A stretch of DNA of 37,728 nt from NCBI GenBank assembly GCA_964418065.1, contig CAYQJR010000002.1:1-37728 (forward strand), written 5' to 3'. Of the stretch, positions 35,162 through 37,728 are shown piece by piece. The stretch's first letter is position 1. Each line of letters opens with the position of its first letter. This DNA is from an uncultured Candidatus Saccharibacteria bacterium (GTDB lineage: Bacteria > Patescibacteriota > Minisyncoccia > Phycocordibacterales > Phycocordibacteraceae). Below the pieces are notes generated by a model, which was not told the DNA's origin, did no database searches, and saw nothing but the letters and a program-made list of their open reading frames with translations. The position numbers and the translations under genes are program-made.

Positions 35162-35749
35162 ATGAGTACAATAACAAAAGAGAAAGGTACGGGACTAGAA
35201 TCTAAAAACTCCGATCTCATCAACGAGCTGTGGGAAAGTAGCTGGACCTATATCAAAACGGTTGTAGATGTCGTTCGAGAGCCGATTCTCATTCTCGATA
35301 AAGATTTCCGCGTGATGGCCGCAAATGAATGCTTTTATCATATATTCAAAGTTGAGCATACAGACACCGAAAATAAGATCGTGTACGAATTGGGAAATGG
35401 CCAATGGGACATCCCCGCTCTGCGAAAACTCCTTGAAGATATTTTGCCGAAGAACTCATTCTTCAAAGGCTTTGAAGTTGATCACAAATTCCCTGTCATT
35501 GGCCGAAAGATAATGATTCTCAACGCACGAGAGATTTATTACAAAGACGATGCTTCTTCAAAAGAAGTACCCCCTATTATTCTCCTCGCGATTGAAGATA
35601 TCACGGATATGATGATTGTCGCTGAAACGCTTGCTAACCATGCAAAAAACACTGAAGCACGACTACTTAAACACACACACAAACTAGAAATTCAAATCAG
35701 AAAGCTTGAAAAAAAGGTTTCTAGTCAGAAAACCTCAGGTAGCATGTAA
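35162..35749 (+). CDS. Stand-alone PAS domain protein with C-terminal coiled coil
   Basis: Start set at ATG 35162. REPILILDKDFRVMAANECFYHIF...ELGNGQWDIPALRKLLEDILP...FEVDH...RKIMILNAREI is a PAS fold pattern. No output domain is present. Confidence 0.7.
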   Translation: MSTITKEKGTGLESKNSDLINELWESSWTYIKTVVDVVREPILILDKDFRVMAANECFYHIFKVEHTDTENKIVYELGNGQWDIPALRKLLEDILPKNSFFKGFEVDHKFPVIGRKIMILNAREIYYKDDASSKEVPPIILLAIEDITDMMIVAETLANHAKNTEARLLKHTHKLEIQIRKLEKKVSSQKTSGSM

Positions 35750-35852
35750 TCTGTAATATCTCTTCTTTTAGGTCGGCTTCTGTAATAGAGGTTGGATATG
35801 GTCGATGATTCTACCAACAACCTCAATTACCCGCATTAGCACGTCTATAATT

Positions 35853-36509
35853 ATGAAAAAGATACTCATCGCTTTGTCCCTTGTTCTTTCGTTCGGCGTC
35901 GGCACCTCAGCATACGCGGCAACGATAACCTCACAGCTCGACTTGGGGTCGACAGGACAGGATGTAACCACTCTCCAGACGTATCTCTCTACGGATGTTA
36001 ATCTCTATCCTTCCCGTCTCGTGACCGGCTACTTCGGCTTGCTCACCCAGGGTGGCGTGCAGAAGTTCCAAATTCAGCAGGGCATCGTCTCGAGCGGCTC
36101 GCCCGCGACAACCGGTTTCGGCCGTGTCGGCCCGGTGACGAGAGATCGTTTGAATGTGGTCATGAACGCCGGTACTGTTCCTCCCGGGAATACAGTCCCT
36201 GTCATGAGCTCAATCAGCATCCAGCGCAGCGCGACCTCGGCCACCTTCTCGTGGACGACAAATGAGCCGACCACCGGCCAGATTTACTGGAGCACATCAG
36301 GCATCCGAGCCGACGAGGCAACGGGTCCTGGTCAGGTACCGTTTGTGAGCGGAACGCTCGCACTCGACCCTAACGGACTCCAGACAAGCCACTCAGTTAC
36401 GGTTTCTGGTTTGCAGGCGAACACGACTTACTTCTACTTCGTACGCAGCATTGATGCGTCAGGAGCTATGAGTGTCGTTCTCCCCAACACCTTCCAGACC
36501 ACTCCATAA
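35853..36509 (+). CDS. Secreted protein with an N-terminal peptidoglycan-binding (PG_binding_1-like) domain and a C-terminal Fn3-like domain
   Basis: Signal peptide MKKILIALSLVLSFGVGTSAYA. GSTGQDVTTLQTYL...TGYFGLLTQGGVQKFQ matches the PGBD pattern. C-terminal TSATFSWTTNEPTTGQIYW...YFYFVRSIDASG looks Fn3-like. Confidence 0.65.
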   Translation: MKKILIALSLVLSFGVGTSAYAATITSQLDLGSTGQDVTTLQTYLSTDVNLYPSRLVTGYFGLLTQGGVQKFQIQQGIVSSGSPATTGFGRVGPVTRDRLNVVMNAGTVPPGNTVPVMSSISIQRSATSATFSWTTNEPTTGQIYWSTSGIRADEATGPGQVPFVSGTLALDPNGLQTSHSVTVSGLQANTTYFYFVRSIDASGAMSVVLPNTFQTTP

Positions 36510-36525
36510 TCGGTCTGTTGGACAA

Positions 36526-36558
36526 AAAGAAAGGCCCGCGATGCGGGCCTTTCTTTTT
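36526..36558. terminator. Bidirectional intrinsic terminator
   Basis: AAAGAAAGGCCCGC-GAT-GCGGGCCTTTCTTT palindrome flanked by an A-run and a T-run, between convergent genes. Confidence 0.8.
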
Positions 36559-36568
36559 CTTAGTATTC

Positions 36569-37728
36569 TTAGTAACGATCTTGGACGAAGGTAAGCGCCT
36601 TCCCTTTCATGGTCGCACGGCCGGTGCGGCCGATACGGTGGACATAGTCCTCGTAGGTTGAGGGGAGGTCGTAGTTGATGACGTGCGAAACGGCCGGGAT
36701 GTCGAGACCGCGGGCGGCAACATCGGTCGCTACCAGTACGCTCACCTTACCACCCTTGAAGGCCTCCAGGGCACGTATGCGGGCGCCATGGGTCTTATTG
36801 CCATGAATACTCTCAGCGTGGATATGGAGGCGTGAGAGCGCCTTGGCGAGCTTCTCTACTCCGAACTTGGTGCGTCCGAAGACGAGCACGCGGCTGAACT
36901 CGCGGTCCTTGAGCATCTCAGAGAGCACATCAAACTTATCCTTCCCGCGTGGGATACGGACAACGTCTTGATCAATACTTGAAGGCGTGTCGCGCGTCTT
37001 GACCGAGATGACGACAGGACTGGAGAGGAAATCGCCGATGAGCCGTTCAATCTCCTTCCCCATCGTTGCCGAGAAGAAGAGCGTGTGGCGCTCCTTCTGC
37101 ATCTTCCCAAGGATGAGGCGCATGTCATCAATGAAGCCCATATCAAGCATGCGGTCAGCCTCATCCAGAACGACGGTGCCGAAACCGGAGAGATCCAGGG
37201 CGCGCCGCTCCATGAGGTCCTTCAGGCGTCCCGGGGTGCCGATAACGAATGCGGGATTGTGGCGCAATTGAGAAATCTGCGGGCCGATAGAGGCACCGCC
37301 GACCGCGACCATACCGCGGAAGCCGAGCCCGCGAGCGAAGCCCGCGAGTTCCTTCTCTATCTGTACGGCGAGTTCGCGCGTCGGCGCCATGATGAGAACG
37401 CGGTCCCCTTTCTGCTTCATCACCTTATCAATGAGCGGGATGAGAAAGGCCGCTGTCTTACCGGTGCCGGTAGCTGCGAGCCCAACGACATCCTGACCGA
37501 GGAGCGCGTGCGGGATGGTCTTGTCCTGAATCGGCGTCGGAGAGATATAATGCCGGGCTTCAATGTTCTTCTTGAGGTGTGCGTTGATGTCAAAGTCGGA
37601 GAACTTGTGTTCGGCGACGAAGACCGGCTCCGAGGTCGTGACGACCGTTTTGTTCATAAACTTCGCGATTTCTGCCTCGGTCTCGCCGAAAGTGCCGAAG
37701 CCGCCGCGGCGCGAACCGCCGCGCCCGC
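36569..37728 (-). CDS. DEAD-box ATP-dependent RNA helicase (5' end may extend beyond the window)
   Basis: Q motif (PTPIQ), AATGTGKT, DEAD, SAT and HRIGRTGRA motifs. The first Met is at 37657, but the frame stays open to nt 37728, encoding GRGGSRRGGFGTFGETEAEIAKF upstream. Confidence 0.92.
   Translation of the reverse strand, partial: GRGGSRRGGFGTFGETEAEIAKFMNKTVVTTSEPVFVAEHKFSDFDINAHLKKNIEARHYISPTPIQDKTIPHALLGQDVVGLAATGTGKTAAFLIPLIDKVMKQKGDRVLIMAPTRELAVQIEKELAGFARGLGFRGMVAVGGASIGPQISQLRHNPAFVIGTPGRLKDLMERRALDLSGFGTVVLDEADRMLDMGFIDDMRLILGKMQKERHTLFFSATMGKEIERLIGDFLSSPVVISVKTRDTPSSIDQDVVRIPRGKDKFDVLSEMLKDREFSRVLVFGRTKFGVEKLAKALSRLHIHAESIHGNKTHGARIRALEAFKGGKVSVLVATDVAARGLDIPAVSHVINYDLPSTYEDYVHRIGRTGRATMKGKALTFVQDRY

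Overview
This 37.7 kb window reads as a compact, mostly co-directional bacterial chromosome segment. It has short or overlapping gene junctions and spot GC of about 60-67% in core genes. By inference, the gene content fits a small-genome uncultivated bacterium (CPR/Patescibacteria-like): an archaeal-type AspRS, a reduced cell-wall cluster, and many tiny membrane proteins. Confident housekeeping calls are grpE-dnaK, dnaJ, tyrS, tRNA-Tyr(GTA), trpS, aspS, pepA, scpA/scpB, a PBP5-like DD-carboxypeptidase, mraY-ftsW-murG, gltX, an M23 peptidase, an AlkA-like glycosylase, a LOG-family protein, rpmA, rplI, an M15 peptidase, ctpA, a CorA-like protein, cysS, dnaB, recR, yggT, an ECF sigma factor, a PAS protein and a DEAD-box helicase that runs off the window edge. 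No CRISPR array, rRNA, integrase, transposase or CIRCE element was seen. Regions worth a second look: (1) a low-GC island (about 22.67-24.71 kb, spot GC 30-35%) of tiny orphan ORFs, ending in a translationally coupled pair of a 54-aa protein and a retropepsin-like (DSGT) aspartic protease. This is my best candidate for an undescribed system. (2) Two self-contained orphan genes inserted between dnaK and dnaJ, one carrying a DnaJ-type CxxCxGxG motif. (3) Five orphan genes upstream of grpE with a duplicated terminator-promoter-UTR module. (4) A recurrent TAnnnT box 5-9 nt upstream of many start codons, suggesting leaderless mRNAs. (5) A CorA homolog with AMK in place of GMN. (6) A lower-GC ECF sigma operon with a divergent PAS gene and repeated ATATTACA sites. 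All functional calls rest on motif recognition by eye; no searches were run.
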